From: Deltaproteobacteria bacterium
GTDB taxonomy: Bacteria; Myxococcota; XYA12-FULL-58-9
Length of the DNA stretch: 64,000 nt
Direction of reading: 5' to 3'
Assembly: GCA_016218825.1 (NCBI GenBank)
Contig: JACRCV010000056.1
Location: 160,416 to 224,415 of the forward strand
The notes under the pieces were generated by a model. The model saw nothing but the letters and a program-made list of their open reading frames with translations. It was not told the origin of the DNA and ran no database searches. The position numbers were made by a program, and so were the translations under genes. Shown here in pieces: positions 17,934 through 27,672 of the stretch (its first letter is position 1; each line of letters begins with the position of its first letter).

Positions 17934-20336
17934 TCAGGCGTCGCCGGCGCCGGCCACGGTCTTCGGCGGCAGCGGCGCGGGCCCGAGGCCCATGTAGTGC
18001 AGCATCCCCTTCGCGGCGCGCCGGCCGTCCCCCATCGCCAGGATCACCGTCGCCGCGCCGCGGACGATGTCGCCGCCGGCGAACACCCCGGACACCGACG
18101 ACATCTGCGTCGTCGGGTCGACCTCGATGTAGCCCCATTTGTTGGTCTTCAAGCCCGGGGTGCTCTGCGCGATGACCGGGTTCGCCGAGGTGCCGAGCGC
18201 CGAGACCACCATGTCGACGTCGAGGACGTGCTCGCTGCCCTTCTTGACGATCGGCTTGCGGCGCCCGGATTCGTCGGGCTCGCCGAGCTCCATGCTGACG
18301 ACCTCCATGCCGGTCACCCAGCCCTGGCTGTTTCCGAGGATGCGGGTCGGGTTCGTGAGCCACAGGCACTCGACGCCCTCTTCGATGGCGTGGTGCAGCT
18401 CTTCGGCGCGGGCCGGCGACTCCTTGATGCTGCGGCGGTAGACCAGATAGACCTTCTCGGCTCCCATCCGCAGCGCCACGCGACAGCCGTCCATCGCGGT
18501 GTTGCCGGCACCGATGACCGCCACCCTCTTCCCCATCCCGACCGGGGTGTCGTAGAGCGGCTGCCTGAAGCCCTGCATCAGGTTGACGCGGGTCAGGAAC
18601 TCGTTCGCCGAGACCACGCCGTTCAGCGCCTCGCCGGGGATGCCCATGAACTTCGGGCTGCCGGCGCCGGTGCCGACGAACACGGTGTCGTTCTTCTTGT
18701 CGGTCAAGAGCTGCGGGATCGTGAAGATCTTGCCGATGATCTTGTCGAGCTCGAAGCGCACCCCGAGCTTCGCGAGGCCGTCGATCTCGATGTCGATGGT
18801 GTCGTTCGGCAGCCGGAACTCGGGGATGCCGTACTTCAACACCCCACCGGCGACGTGCAACGCCTCATAGACCGTGACCTCGACCCCGGCCTTCACCAGA
18901 TCGCCCGCCACCGCCAGCCCCGCCGGGCCCGAGCCGATGACCGCGGCCCGCTTGCCCGAGGGCTTGGCCTTCACCGGCGCGTCCCAGCCCCGACCGACCG
19001 CGAAGTCGGCGGCGAAGCGCTCCAGACGACCGATCGCCACCGGCTCCAGCTTGTTGCCGACGATGCAGGTGGCCTCGCACTGGGTCTCCTGCGGACAGAC
19101 GCGGCCGCACACCGCCGGCAGCGCGTTGGCGTCCTTCAGGACCAGATAGGCCCCCTTCATGTCCCGGCGCGCCATCGCGCCGATGAAGCTCGGGATGTCG
19201 ATCTCCACCGGACAGCCGGGGACGCACTTGGGCTTGGTGCACTGGATGCAACGGTCGGCCTCGGCGAGCGCCATCTCCAGGCTGAAGCCGAGCGCCACCT
19301 CTTCGAAGTTGCCCTTGCGAACCGCGGCCGGTTGCTCCGGCATCGCGGTGCGCTTCGGCGCCACGGTGCTGAGCTTCTTCATCTTCCGTGGCGTACCGGG
19401 CGCCGGCGTCGGCGCGGTCGGCGCCGGCGGCTCGACGCGGCTCATCGCCCGTGCTCGCGCCTCGACCACCGCCGGGTTGCGGCCGCCGTGGCCGAGCTCC
19501 CGCAGCCGCTGGCGCTCGGACTCGAAGCGCTTCAGGCACTCCTTCTCCTCGCACTCGAAGCGCTTCTGGCGCAGCATCAGCTCGTCGAAGCTCACCAGGT
19601 GGCCGTCGAAGTCCGGGCCGTCGACGCAGGCGAACTTTACCTTGCCGCCGACCGTCACCCGGCAGCTGCCGCACATGCCGGTGCCGTCCACCATGATCGA
19701 GTTCAGGCTCACCATCGTCCGGATGTTCTTCGATCGCGTCAGCTCGCTGCAGGCCTTCATCATCGGCAACGGGCCGATGGCGATCACCTCGTCGATGTCG
19801 TCGTGCTCCTCGAGGACCTTGCCGAGCACCACGGTCACGAAGCCCTTGGTGCCGAACGAGCCGTCGTCGGTGGCCACCTTGAAGTCGTCCGAGAAGCGCT
19901 CGAACTTGTCCTTCCAGAACATCAGCTCCCTGTTGCGAAAACCGATGATCGAGATGGTCTTGGAGCCGATCTCCTTGTGACGCCGGAGCTGCGGGAACAC
20001 CGGCGCGACGCCGAGGCCGCCGCCGACCACCACCACCTTGCGCTTCTTCTCCAGGTGCGACGCGACCCCGAGCGGCCCGATGAAGTCGAGGACCGACTCC
20101 CCTTCCTTCATGTCCATCATCTGATGGGTGGTCTTGCCCACCGCCTGCACCACGACGGTGACCGTGCCCCGGTCGCGATCGAAGTCGGCGACCGTGAGCG
20201 GAATGCGCTCGCCGGTCTCGTCGAGTCGGACCATCAAGAAGTGCCCCGGCTCACAGGCCCGGGCAACGTCGGGGGCCAGCACCTCCCAAAGAAAGGTGAC
20301 CGGTCCGAACTGCTCGCGCTTCACGATCTTGTACAT
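17934..20336 (-). CDS. nfnAB: Fused NfnA-NfnB (SudB-SudA type) electron-bifurcating transhydrogenase-like flavoprotein
   Basis: N-half ERIPLT, GGGLGVAP, DGTGMCGSC...CVDGPDF; C-half CIQC..CVPGCP, CGRVCPQETQCE, GSGPAG, YGIPEFRLP, GAGNTAMD, FAGGDIVRG. Confidence 0.88.
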   Translation of the reverse strand: MYKIVKREQFGPVTFLWEVLAPDVARACEPGHFLMVRLDETGERIPLTVADFDRDRGTVTVVVQAVGKTTHQMMDMKEGESVLDFIGPLGVASHLEKKRKVVVVGGGLGVAPVFPQLRRHKEIGSKTISIIGFRNRELMFWKDKFERFSDDFKVATDDGSFGTKGFVTVVLGKVLEEHDDIDEVIAIGPLPMMKACSELTRSKNIRTMVSLNSIMVDGTGMCGSCRVTVGGKVKFACVDGPDFDGHLVSFDELMLRQKRFECEEKECLKRFESERQRLRELGHGGRNPAVVEARARAMSRVEPPAPTAPTPAPGTPRKMKKLSTVAPKRTAMPEQPAAVRKGNFEEVALGFSLEMALAEADRCIQCTKPKCVPGCPVEIDIPSFIGAMARRDMKGAYLVLKDANALPAVCGRVCPQETQCEATCIVGNKLEPVAIGRLERFAADFAVGRGWDAPVKAKPSGKRAAVIGSGPAGLAVAGDLVKAGVEVTVYEALHVAGGVLKYGIPEFRLPNDTIDIEIDGLAKLGVRFELDKIIGKIFTIPQLLTDKKNDTVFVGTGAGSPKFMGIPGEALNGVVSANEFLTRVNLMQGFRQPLYDTPVGMGKRVAVIGAGNTAMDGCRVALRMGAEKVYLVYRRSIKESPARAEELHHAIEEGVECLWLTNPTRILGNSQGWVTGMEVVSMELGEPDESGRRKPIVKKGSEHVLDVDMVVSALGTSANPVIAQSTPGLKTNKWGYIEVDPTTQMSSVSGVFAGGDIVRGAATVILAMGDGRRAAKGMLHYMGLGPAPLPPKTVAGAGDA

Positions 20337-20648
20337 GACTGGCCAAAACTCCCTGAGACCTACCCACCAAGGCCGCGTATAGCAGACATGCGGCGGCCCG
20401 CGCTACCCGCGCCGCACCGGGGTTGGAGCGATCGAGATCTCGCTTCTTTGATTCCCGGCGGGCGCTTCGCGCCCCAGCAACCTGGCGGGGGGACCGCCCG
20501 CCGGCACGTGGTCCGAGGGCGACACTGGAGGTGACGCGCCGGCTCTGCGTCCCCCCGTGCCCCCGCACCTCGCACTGGCAAAGCCAGCTGCTCGGTGCCC
20601 GACCGGGTGGGGCGGGGCAACATCGGCCCATCCCTGCCTCGCGACCGC

Positions 20649-21131
20649 CTACGCCTTGTCGCCGACGATCTGCTGCGCCAGGTAGTTCTGCAGGCCCACC
20701 TGGGCGATCTGGTCGCGCTGCGCCTCGAGCCAGTCGACGTGCTTCTCTTCGTCTTTGAGGATCTTCTCCAAGAGCTCGCGACTGCCGTTGTCGTTGAGCT
20801 CGGCGCACAGGGCCACGCCCTTGTTGTAGTGGGCGACGGCGCCGTACTCGAGGTCGAGGTCGGCCTTGAGCTGCTCTTCCACGGTCTCGCCGATGTTGAT
20901 CTTGCCGAGCTTCTGGACGTTGGGGACCCCCTCGAGATACAGGATGCGCCCGATCAACGCCTCGGCGTGCTTCATCTCCTCGATGGCGTCCTTCTCCCGG
21001 AGGTCGTGGAGGCGATCGTAGCCCCAGTTGCCGCACATCTCGGCGTGCACCACGTACTGGTTGATGCCGGTCAGCTCGGCCGACAGCGACTCGTTCAAGC
21101 AGTCAATGACCTTCTTTTGTCCTTTGGGCAT
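20649..21131 (-). CDS. bfr: Bacterioferritin
   Basis: ELTGINQY, EEMKHA (heme Met), RILYLEGVPN, EEKHVDWLE. Confidence 0.95.
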   Translation of the reverse strand: MPKGQKKVIDCLNESLSAELTGINQYVVHAEMCGNWGYDRLHDLREKDAIEEMKHAEALIGRILYLEGVPNVQKLGKINIGETVEEQLKADLDLEYGAVAHYNKGVALCAELNDNGSRELLEKILKDEEKHVDWLEAQRDQIAQVGLQNYLAQQIVGDKA

Positions 21132-21134
21132 GGC

Positions 21135-21377
21135 TCATCTCCTCGCCTGGCGCCGGCGGGCTTCGGGTTCGCGGCGCGCCATCGGCACGCCAACCCCCGT
21201 CGTGTCCCTCGGTCCTTGCCGCTGGTCAAGCATCGCCTGGAGGGTCGCGCGACACGCGCCGCACGCGGTGCCGGCGCCGTCGAGCAGCTGCGACAGCGCC
21301 TCGACGTCTTTCGGCGACAGGGCGACAGCGGCCTCGGCCTGAACCTCAGACACAGCCTTGCACATGCAGACGATCAT
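21135..21377 (-). CDS. bfd: Bacterioferritin-associated [2Fe-2S] ferredoxin
   Basis: MIVCMCKAVS...AGTACGAC, immediately upstream of bfr. Confidence 0.8.
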   Translation of the reverse strand: MIVCMCKAVSEVQAEAAVALSPKDVEALSQLLDGAGTACGACRATLQAMLDQRQGPRDTTGVGVPMARREPEARRRQARR

Positions 21378-21439
21378 TCGGCCCCTTTGCCCGTCTACAG
21401 GTAATGACGGCAGGCCGGGGCGTCAACCCGAACGGTGAC

Positions 21440-23770
21440 TCAGCGCTTCGCCCGCATCGCCGCGAGCACCCGCTCCGCGGTGAACGGCGCTCTGCGCAGG
21501 CGAACCCCGACCGCGTCGTAGATCGCGTTCGCCAAGGCCGGCAGCGGCCCGTTGATGCCGATCTCGGAGACGCTCTTGGCGCCGTAGGGCCCGCTCGCCT
21601 CGTAGGTCGGCACCAGGATGGTCTTGATGACGATGGGATCGGCGGTCGAGAACAGCTTGTAGTTGCGGAAGTTGGGGTTGCGCATCCGCCCCTGGTCGTC
21701 GAACAGGTACTCCTCGAGGAGCGCGTACGACAGCCCGTTCATCACCGCGCCCTCGCACTGCCCCTCCGCGAGCTTGGGATTGATCGCGGTGCCGCAGTCC
21801 GCGGCTATCACGTAGCGGCGGACGAACACCTGGCCGGTCTCGGTGTCGACGTCGACCTCGGCGAAGTGCGCCGCGAACGGCGGCGGCGACCTGTCGGTGA
21901 CGTGCGAGACCATCGCCCCGATCTGGTGTTGATCGTGGGCGTAGAGGCTGCGGAGCGCGACCTCGGCCAAGGTCACCTTCTTGCCGCCCTTGCCGTGCAC
22001 CGCCTTGTCGCCGAGCCGCAACCGCTCCGCGGGCTCCTGCAACATGTCGGCGGCGACGCGCTTGATCTGCGCCGCCACCTCGAGCGCCACCTTCTCCACC
22101 GCCTTGCCGGAGAGGTAGGTCGTGCTCGAGGCGTAGGCGCCGACGTCAAAGGGCGTCAGATCGGTGTCCGACGAGTAGACCACGATGTCGCCGACGTCGA
22201 CCCCGAGCACCTCCGCCGCGACCTGCGCCAGCACGGTGTCGGAGCCGGTTCCGAGATCGGTGGCGCCCATCAGCAGGTTGAACGAGCCGTCCTCGTTCAT
22301 CTTCAGGCTCGCCGCCCCCATGTCGATCTTCGGGATCGACGAGCCCTGCATGCCGATCGCCATGCCATAACCGCGCTGCACCGGCGGCGTCGCGGCCGCC
22401 TTCTGCTGCTGCCGCTCGCGCCAGCCGATGAAGGCCGCGCCCTGCTTGATGCACTCGTCCAGGCCGCAGGAGCCGATGGTCTGCTCGACCCCCTCGGTCC
22501 CCTCGCCGAGCATCCGGAACACCGGCGAGCCCTGACCCGCCTGGATGTGGCTCTTCAAGCGCAGATCGGCCGGATCCACTTTCAGCCTCTCCGCGGCCTC
22601 GTCCATCAAGCACTCGACCGCGAACGCCGCCTGCGTCGCGCCGTAGCCGCGGTAGGCCCCGGCGATCGGGCTGTTGGTGTAGACCGAGTCGGCGAAGAAC
22701 GAGACGTTGTCGCACGGATAGAGCGGCAGCACCTTCGAGCCGCAGTTGGAGATCACCGTGAGCGCGTGCGCCCCGTAGGCGCCGGTGTTGGTCCGCACCT
22801 TCATGTCGATGGCGGTGAGCTTGGCGTGCTTGTCGAAGCCGAGCGCCACCTTCACCACCGCCGGGTGCCGGGTCCTCGACGAGATGAACTCCTCGGCGCG
22901 GCTGAGCTCGAGGCGGACCGGCCAACCGCTGCGGAGCGCGAGCATCGCCACTACCTGCTCGAGGAAGACCTCCTGCTTGGCGCCGAAGCCGCCACCGATG
23001 CGCGGCTTGATCACCCGCACCCGCGACACCGGGATGCCGCAGACCGCGGCGACGATCCGCCGGGCGTGGAACGGCACCTGGGTGCTGGAGCGCAACACCA
23101 GGCGGCCGTCGGTGTCGAAGTACGCCAGCACCACGTGGGTCTCGAGCGGACAGTGTTGGCCGTAGTGGGTCTCGAACTCTCCTTCGACCTTGAGCGCCGC
23201 CGCTGCCAGCGCCGCCGCGGTGTCGCCGACGCCGGCGTCGACCTGCGCCGCGACGTTGTGTTTCGGCTCGTAGGCGACCGGGATCAGCACCCGAGCGTCC
23301 TTCTCGTCGTGAATGACCGGCGCGCCCTCGGCGTCGGCCCGGCGGATGTCGAACACCGGGGGCAGCGGCTCGTAGTCGACGACGATGCTCGCGAGCGCCG
23401 CCTCCGCCACCGCGCGGGAGGTCGCGGCCACCGCCGCCACCCGATCGCCGACGAAGCGGACCTTGGCGTCGAACAGCGGCGTATCGTAGGGCGACGGCTC
23501 GGGGTAACCCTGGCCGGCGGTGGTGTGCAGCACCCGCTCGGTGTTCCGGTGGTGGATCACCGCGCGCACCCCCGGCATCGCCTCGGCGGCGCTGGCGTCG
23601 AGCTTGGTGATGCGCGCGTGCGGGTGCGGGCTGTAGAGGATCGCGCCCCACAGCGCGTCGGCGAGGCGGACGTCGTCGGTGAACACCGGCGCCCCACAGG
23701 CGAGCGCCAGCGCGTCGATCTTGGCGACGCTGTGGCCGACCACACGCGTAGACTTCGACTTCGAGGTCAT
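21440..23770 (-). CDS. Xanthine dehydrogenase-family molybdopterin subunit, XdhD-like
   Basis: SPHPHARI, STQVPF, IGGGFGAKQ, GAYRGYG, GAYASSTT, GQCEG, GAKSVSEIGIN. Confidence 0.88.
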   Translation of the reverse strand: MTSKSKSTRVVGHSVAKIDALALACGAPVFTDDVRLADALWGAILYSPHPHARITKLDASAAEAMPGVRAVIHHRNTERVLHTTAGQGYPEPSPYDTPLFDAKVRFVGDRVAAVAATSRAVAEAALASIVVDYEPLPPVFDIRRADAEGAPVIHDEKDARVLIPVAYEPKHNVAAQVDAGVGDTAAALAAAALKVEGEFETHYGQHCPLETHVVLAYFDTDGRLVLRSSTQVPFHARRIVAAVCGIPVSRVRVIKPRIGGGFGAKQEVFLEQVVAMLALRSGWPVRLELSRAEEFISSRTRHPAVVKVALGFDKHAKLTAIDMKVRTNTGAYGAHALTVISNCGSKVLPLYPCDNVSFFADSVYTNSPIAGAYRGYGATQAAFAVECLMDEAAERLKVDPADLRLKSHIQAGQGSPVFRMLGEGTEGVEQTIGSCGLDECIKQGAAFIGWRERQQQKAAATPPVQRGYGMAIGMQGSSIPKIDMGAASLKMNEDGSFNLLMGATDLGTGSDTVLAQVAAEVLGVDVGDIVVYSSDTDLTPFDVGAYASSTTYLSGKAVEKVALEVAAQIKRVAADMLQEPAERLRLGDKAVHGKGGKKVTLAEVALRSLYAHDQHQIGAMVSHVTDRSPPPFAAHFAEVDVDTETGQVFVRRYVIAADCGTAINPKLAEGQCEGAVMNGLSYALLEEYLFDDQGRMRNPNFRNYKLFSTADPIVIKTILVPTYEASGPYGAKSVSEIGINGPLPALANAIYDAVGVRLRRAPFTAERVLAAMRAKR

Positions 23771-23777
23771 CGGCCCC

Positions 23778-25184
23778 TCACCCTCTCGGCCGGCGTCGCA
23801 ACGACGCCGCCGCCTTTTGCACCGCCGCGAGCTGTTTGACGTAGCCGGTGCAGCGACACAGGTTGCCGTCCAACGCCAGGCGCAGCTCTGCGTCACTCGG
23901 ATCGGGGATGACGTCCAACAGGCTCTTGGCGGCGACCACGAAGCCCGGAGTACAGAAGCCGCACTGCACCGCGCCTTCCTCCACCATCGCCGTCTGCAGC
24001 GGATGGGGGCAAAGCACGGTGCCGATGCCGGCCGCGGTCAAGAGCGACAAGCCGTCGACCCGCGCCGCCAGCACCAGGCAGCTGTTCAACACCCTTCCTG
24101 CGACCTGCACCGTGCAGGTGCCACAGTAGCCTTCGTCACAACCGCGCTTGACGCTGGCGACGCCCTCGCGCCGCAATACGTCAATCAGCAAGTCGCCCGG
24201 CCGGGTAGCGAAGCGCCGCGCGGCGCCGTCGACCTCGAGGTGCAACACTCGGCCGCTCTCCGGACTGGTGCGCAGCCGCGGCCATGGCGGCGGCTGCATC
24301 CGGCGCGGTACCTTCAGCTTCTCTTCACCGCTGGCCCGGTGCCAGGCGGAGATCAGCGCCCGGCGCACCGCGGTCGCGAGCAGCTCGCGACGATACTCCG
24401 GGCTCGCGCGCAGGTCCGCGTGGACCACGGCCCCCGCGGCGACGCGCTTCGCCGCCTCACCGATCAGGGTCTCGTTGAGCTTGGCGCCGACGAGCAGCGC
24501 CTCCGCCGCCGGCGCACGCGCCGGCCGCGGCTGCACGGTGCCGAAGGCGATCGCCGCCGCCTTGCAGACCCCGGCCTCGACCGTGAGCAGCGCCGCGGCG
24601 TTGGCGAGCCCGATGTCGACGGCGGTGCGCGCCATCTTGACGAACGCGCCCCCGGTCCCGGGCGCGGGCTTGCGGACCGCGACCGCGGTGATGATCTCGC
24701 CGGGCTCGAGGACCTTGCGGGGGTGCTCGACGAAGAGCTCCGCCAGGCTCAACCGCCTCTTCGTGCCCGGATCGCGGGCGATGATCGCCGTGGCGTCGAG
24801 CGCCAACAGCGCCACCGGCAAGTCGGCCCACGACAGGTGCCCGGTGATGTTGCCGGCCACGGTGACCTGGTTACGCACCGCCTGCGGCGACACCGCGGCC
24901 GCGGCCTCGCAGAGCATGCCGGCACCGAGCCCGTCGAGGCTGGCCGAGCCCGCGAGCGTCGCGGCGGTGACCGTCGCGCCGATCGTGATCTCGACGGCGT
25001 CCGCCTCGATGCTCTCGAGCCCGCAGCGGGTGATGTCGACGAGGATCCCGACGCGCGACGGCAGCCGCAGCGACTGCACCGTGCCGCCGCTGACAATCGC
25101 CGCCCGACCGCCGCGCTCCTTGAGCAGGCGCAGGGCTTCGTTGACCGTCGTCGGGATCAGGTACTCGCTCAGGTGGATCGTCAT
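23778..25184 (-). CDS. Xanthine dehydrogenase-family FAD subunit fused to a C-terminal 2x[2Fe-2S] subunit
   Basis: N-part SGGT, QAVRNQVTVAGN, DLRASPEYR; C-part KRGCDEGYCGTC, QCGFCTPG, GNLCRCTGY. Confidence 0.88.
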   Translation of the reverse strand: MTIHLSEYLIPTTVNEALRLLKERGGRAAIVSGGTVQSLRLPSRVGILVDITRCGLESIEADAVEITIGATVTAATLAGSASLDGLGAGMLCEAAAAVSPQAVRNQVTVAGNITGHLSWADLPVALLALDATAIIARDPGTKRRLSLAELFVEHPRKVLEPGEIITAVAVRKPAPGTGGAFVKMARTAVDIGLANAAALLTVEAGVCKAAAIAFGTVQPRPARAPAAEALLVGAKLNETLIGEAAKRVAAGAVVHADLRASPEYRRELLATAVRRALISAWHRASGEEKLKVPRRMQPPPWPRLRTSPESGRVLHLEVDGAARRFATRPGDLLIDVLRREGVASVKRGCDEGYCGTCTVQVAGRVLNSCLVLAARVDGLSLLTAAGIGTVLCPHPLQTAMVEEGAVQCGFCTPGFVVAAKSLLDVIPDPSDAELRLALDGNLCRCTGYVKQLAAVQKAAASLRRRPRG

Positions 25185-26599
25185 CGCGGGCCTTCCTTCG
25201 CTCTCGCCTGGAGGAAATCGCGACCGGTGTGCGCCTGGGCGCCGCTCACCATGCTCGCGGCGATGTCGTTCGCGAGACCGATCAGCTCGTCCTCGTCGGC
25301 GCCGACCAGGCGGCCGCCGGCGACCGCCACCTCGCCGTTCACCACCACCAGGTCGGCGCGCCGCGCCGCGGCACAGAACACCAGCGCCGCCACCGGGTCG
25401 TGCATCGCGCCGGCGAAGCCCAGATCGTGGGTGTCGAAGACCGCGAAGTCGGCGGCCTTGCCGGGCTCGAGGCTGCCGATGTCGTCGCGGTTCAAGACCT
25501 CGGCGCCGCCCCGAGTCGCGATCTCCAACACCGAGCTCGCGGTGGTCGAGCCGACGCCGCTCTGGATGCGGTGCACGAGCAGCGCCATCCGCACCTCGGC
25601 GAGCATGTTGGAGGAGTCGTTGGAGGCGCTGCCATCGACCGCCAGACCCACCGGCACCCCCAGGGCGCGCATCTTCGGCACCAGGGCTATCCCCGAGGCC
25701 AGCCGGAGGTTCGAGGTCGGACAGTGGGCGATGCCGGTCTTGGTGGCGGCGAGCAGCCCGAGCTCGTCGTCGTTGAAGTGGATGCCGTGGGCGTACCAGA
25801 CGTCACGCCCGACCCACCCCTGCCGCTCCATGTAGGCGAGCGGCCGCAGACCGACGGTCTTCAGACAAAAGGCCTCCTCGTCCTTGGTCTCCGCCAGGTG
25901 GGTGTGCATCAGGACCTTGTGGCGGCGGGCCAACAGCGCGGTCTTCTCCAGGAGCTTGTCGGTGACCGAAAACGGCGAGCACGGCGCCAGCGCCACGCGG
26001 CACATCGAGAACGGCGCCGGATCGTGGAGCGTTTGGATGACGCGCTCGCAGTCGGCGAGGATCGCGTCCTCGGGCTGCACCAGATCGTCGGGCGGCAGCC
26101 CGCCACCGCTCTTGCCCCGGCTCATGCTGCCGCGGGTCGGGTGGAAGCGGATGCCGAGCTCGGCCGCGGCCCGCGCCTGCACGTCGATCAAGCGGCCGTC
26201 GACGTCCTTCGGGAACACGTAGTGGTGATCGGTGGACGTGGTGCAGCCGCTGAGCAGCAGCTCGCCCAGGCCGACGAGGGCGCCGATGCGCACCGCCTCC
26301 GGCGTCAGCTGCCGCCAGATCTCGTAGAGGTCGGTCAGCCAATCGAAGAGCTCGACGTCCTGCACCCGCGGCACGGCGCGGGTCAGCGTCTGGTAGAGGT
26401 GGTGGTGGGTGTTGACGAGCCCCGGGATCACCACCTTGCCGTGTAGATCGACGCTGCGATCGTGCGCCAGCGCCGACAGCCCCGGCCCGACCGCGGCCAA
26501 CGCCTTGCCTTCGACGAGCAGGTCGGCGTCGTACAAGACCCGGCGCGCGCGGTCCATCGTGACCACGACCTTGGCGCGACGATAGAGGGTTCGTGTCAT
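25181..26599 (-). CDS. 8-oxoguanine deaminase-like amidohydrolase
   Basis: PGLVNTHHHLYQTLTR, DHHY, RGSMS, APCSPFSV, HTHLAET, HCPTSNLRLASG, VDGSASND. Confidence 0.88.
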   Translation of the reverse strand: MTRTLYRRAKVVVTMDRARRVLYDADLLVEGKALAAVGPGLSALAHDRSVDLHGKVVIPGLVNTHHHLYQTLTRAVPRVQDVELFDWLTDLYEIWRQLTPEAVRIGALVGLGELLLSGCTTSTDHHYVFPKDVDGRLIDVQARAAAELGIRFHPTRGSMSRGKSGGGLPPDDLVQPEDAILADCERVIQTLHDPAPFSMCRVALAPCSPFSVTDKLLEKTALLARRHKVLMHTHLAETKDEEAFCLKTVGLRPLAYMERQGWVGRDVWYAHGIHFNDDELGLLAATKTGIAHCPTSNLRLASGIALVPKMRALGVPVGLAVDGSASNDSSNMLAEVRMALLVHRIQSGVGSTTASSVLEIATRGGAEVLNRDDIGSLEPGKAADFAVFDTHDLGFAGAMHDPVAALVFCAAARRADLVVVNGEVAVAGGRLVGADEDELIGLANDIAASMVSGAQAHTGRDFLQARAKEGPR

Positions 26600-26677
26600 G
26601 GTCTCGCCTCTCGCTTGCCCCGGCGCGCACCTGTCGGCCGGCGTCCGCCACGCCCATGCCGCGGCTCGTTGCCGACG

Positions 26678-27613
26678 CTACTTGGCGCTCGACTCCACGG
26701 TCGGCTGCGGCGTGGTCTGCGAGATCCGGCTGTTCGCCGGCACGTCCTTGGTCAGCCAGACGTTGCCGCCGATCACCGAGCCCTTGCCGATGGTGATCCG
26801 GCCGAGGACGGTGGCGCCGGCGTAGATCACCACCTCGTCCTCGAGGATCGGGTGACGCGGAATGCCCTTGATCGGATTGCCGTCGGCGTCCAACGGGAAG
26901 CTCTTGGCGCCGAGGGTCACGCCCTGGTACAGCCGCACGTTCTTGCCCAAGACGCTGGTCTCGCCGACGACCACGCCGGTGCCGTGGTCGATGAAGAAGC
27001 TCTCGGCGATCGTCGCGCCCGGGTGGATGTCGATGCCGGTCAGGCTGTGGGCATGCTCGGCGATCATCCGCGACAACAGCGGCACCTCGAGGCGGTAGAG
27101 CTCGTGCGCCAGGCGGTGGTTGGTGATCGCCATGATCCCGGGGTAGCAGAGGATGGTCTCGTCGGGCGAGGTCGCCGCCGGATCGCCCTCGTAGGCCGCC
27201 TGGACGTCGGTGCCGAGCAGACGCTTGACCTCCGGCAATCGGGCGAGGAACGCCTCGGTGGCGTTGTCGGCGCGCTCGGCGCAGTCCGGACACTCCAGGG
27301 CGCCGACGTCGCACTCGCAGACGTAGCGGAAACAGCGGTGGATCTGCTCGGCGAGCACGTGCCGCACCCGGTCCAGCGTGCCGCCGACGTGGTAACACAC
27401 GCTCGCCGGTGACAGGTCGGTGGTCCCGAAGTACCCGGGGAACATCACGCCGCGCAGCTCCTCGACCGCGGCGATGGTCGCGGTCCTGGACGGCAACAGC
27501 CGCTGGCCGCGCGCTCCGTGGTCGGAGCGCTCGGGGCTGGTGTGGGTGCTGCACCGGTAGTCGACGAGCTTGCCGAGATCGGCGATGTGATTCTGCTTCC
27601 TTCTGACTGCCAC
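26678..27613 (-). CDS. cysE: Serine O-acetyltransferase (EpsC/CysE type)
   Basis: GDPAA, YPG, GIDIHPGA, FIDHGTGVVVGET, YQGVTLGA, RHP; GTG start after AGAAAGGA. Confidence 0.9.
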   Translation of the reverse strand: MAVRRKQNHIADLGKLVDYRCSTHTSPERSDHGARGQRLLPSRTATIAAVEELRGVMFPGYFGTTDLSPASVCYHVGGTLDRVRHVLAEQIHRCFRYVCECDVGALECPDCAERADNATEAFLARLPEVKRLLGTDVQAAYEGDPAATSPDETILCYPGIMAITNHRLAHELYRLEVPLLSRMIAEHAHSLTGIDIHPGATIAESFFIDHGTGVVVGETSVLGKNVRLYQGVTLGAKSFPLDADGNPIKGIPRHPILEDEVVIYAGATVLGRITIGKGSVIGGNVWLTKDVPANSRISQTTPQPTVESSAK

Positions 27614-27672
27614 GGTACGTCCTTTCTGCCTCCGGGCGCGCCGCGCGGGCGCCGGCGCCGCGGGAGCCAGGG

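Noticed and set aside
20455-20504. 10-bp inverted repeat (CCGGCGGGCG / CGCCCGCCGG) between bfr and nfnAB
   Set aside because: Could be a terminator-like hairpin but lacks a clear U-tract and resembles no RNA family I recognise; such stems arise easily at high GC.
23770-23896. Possible frameshift fusing the FeS domain to the Mo subunit as in E. coli XdhD
   Set aside because: The Mo subunit has its own ATG and purine-rich RBS 7 nt after the upstream stop, and the overlapping extension has no motif; read inspection would settle it.
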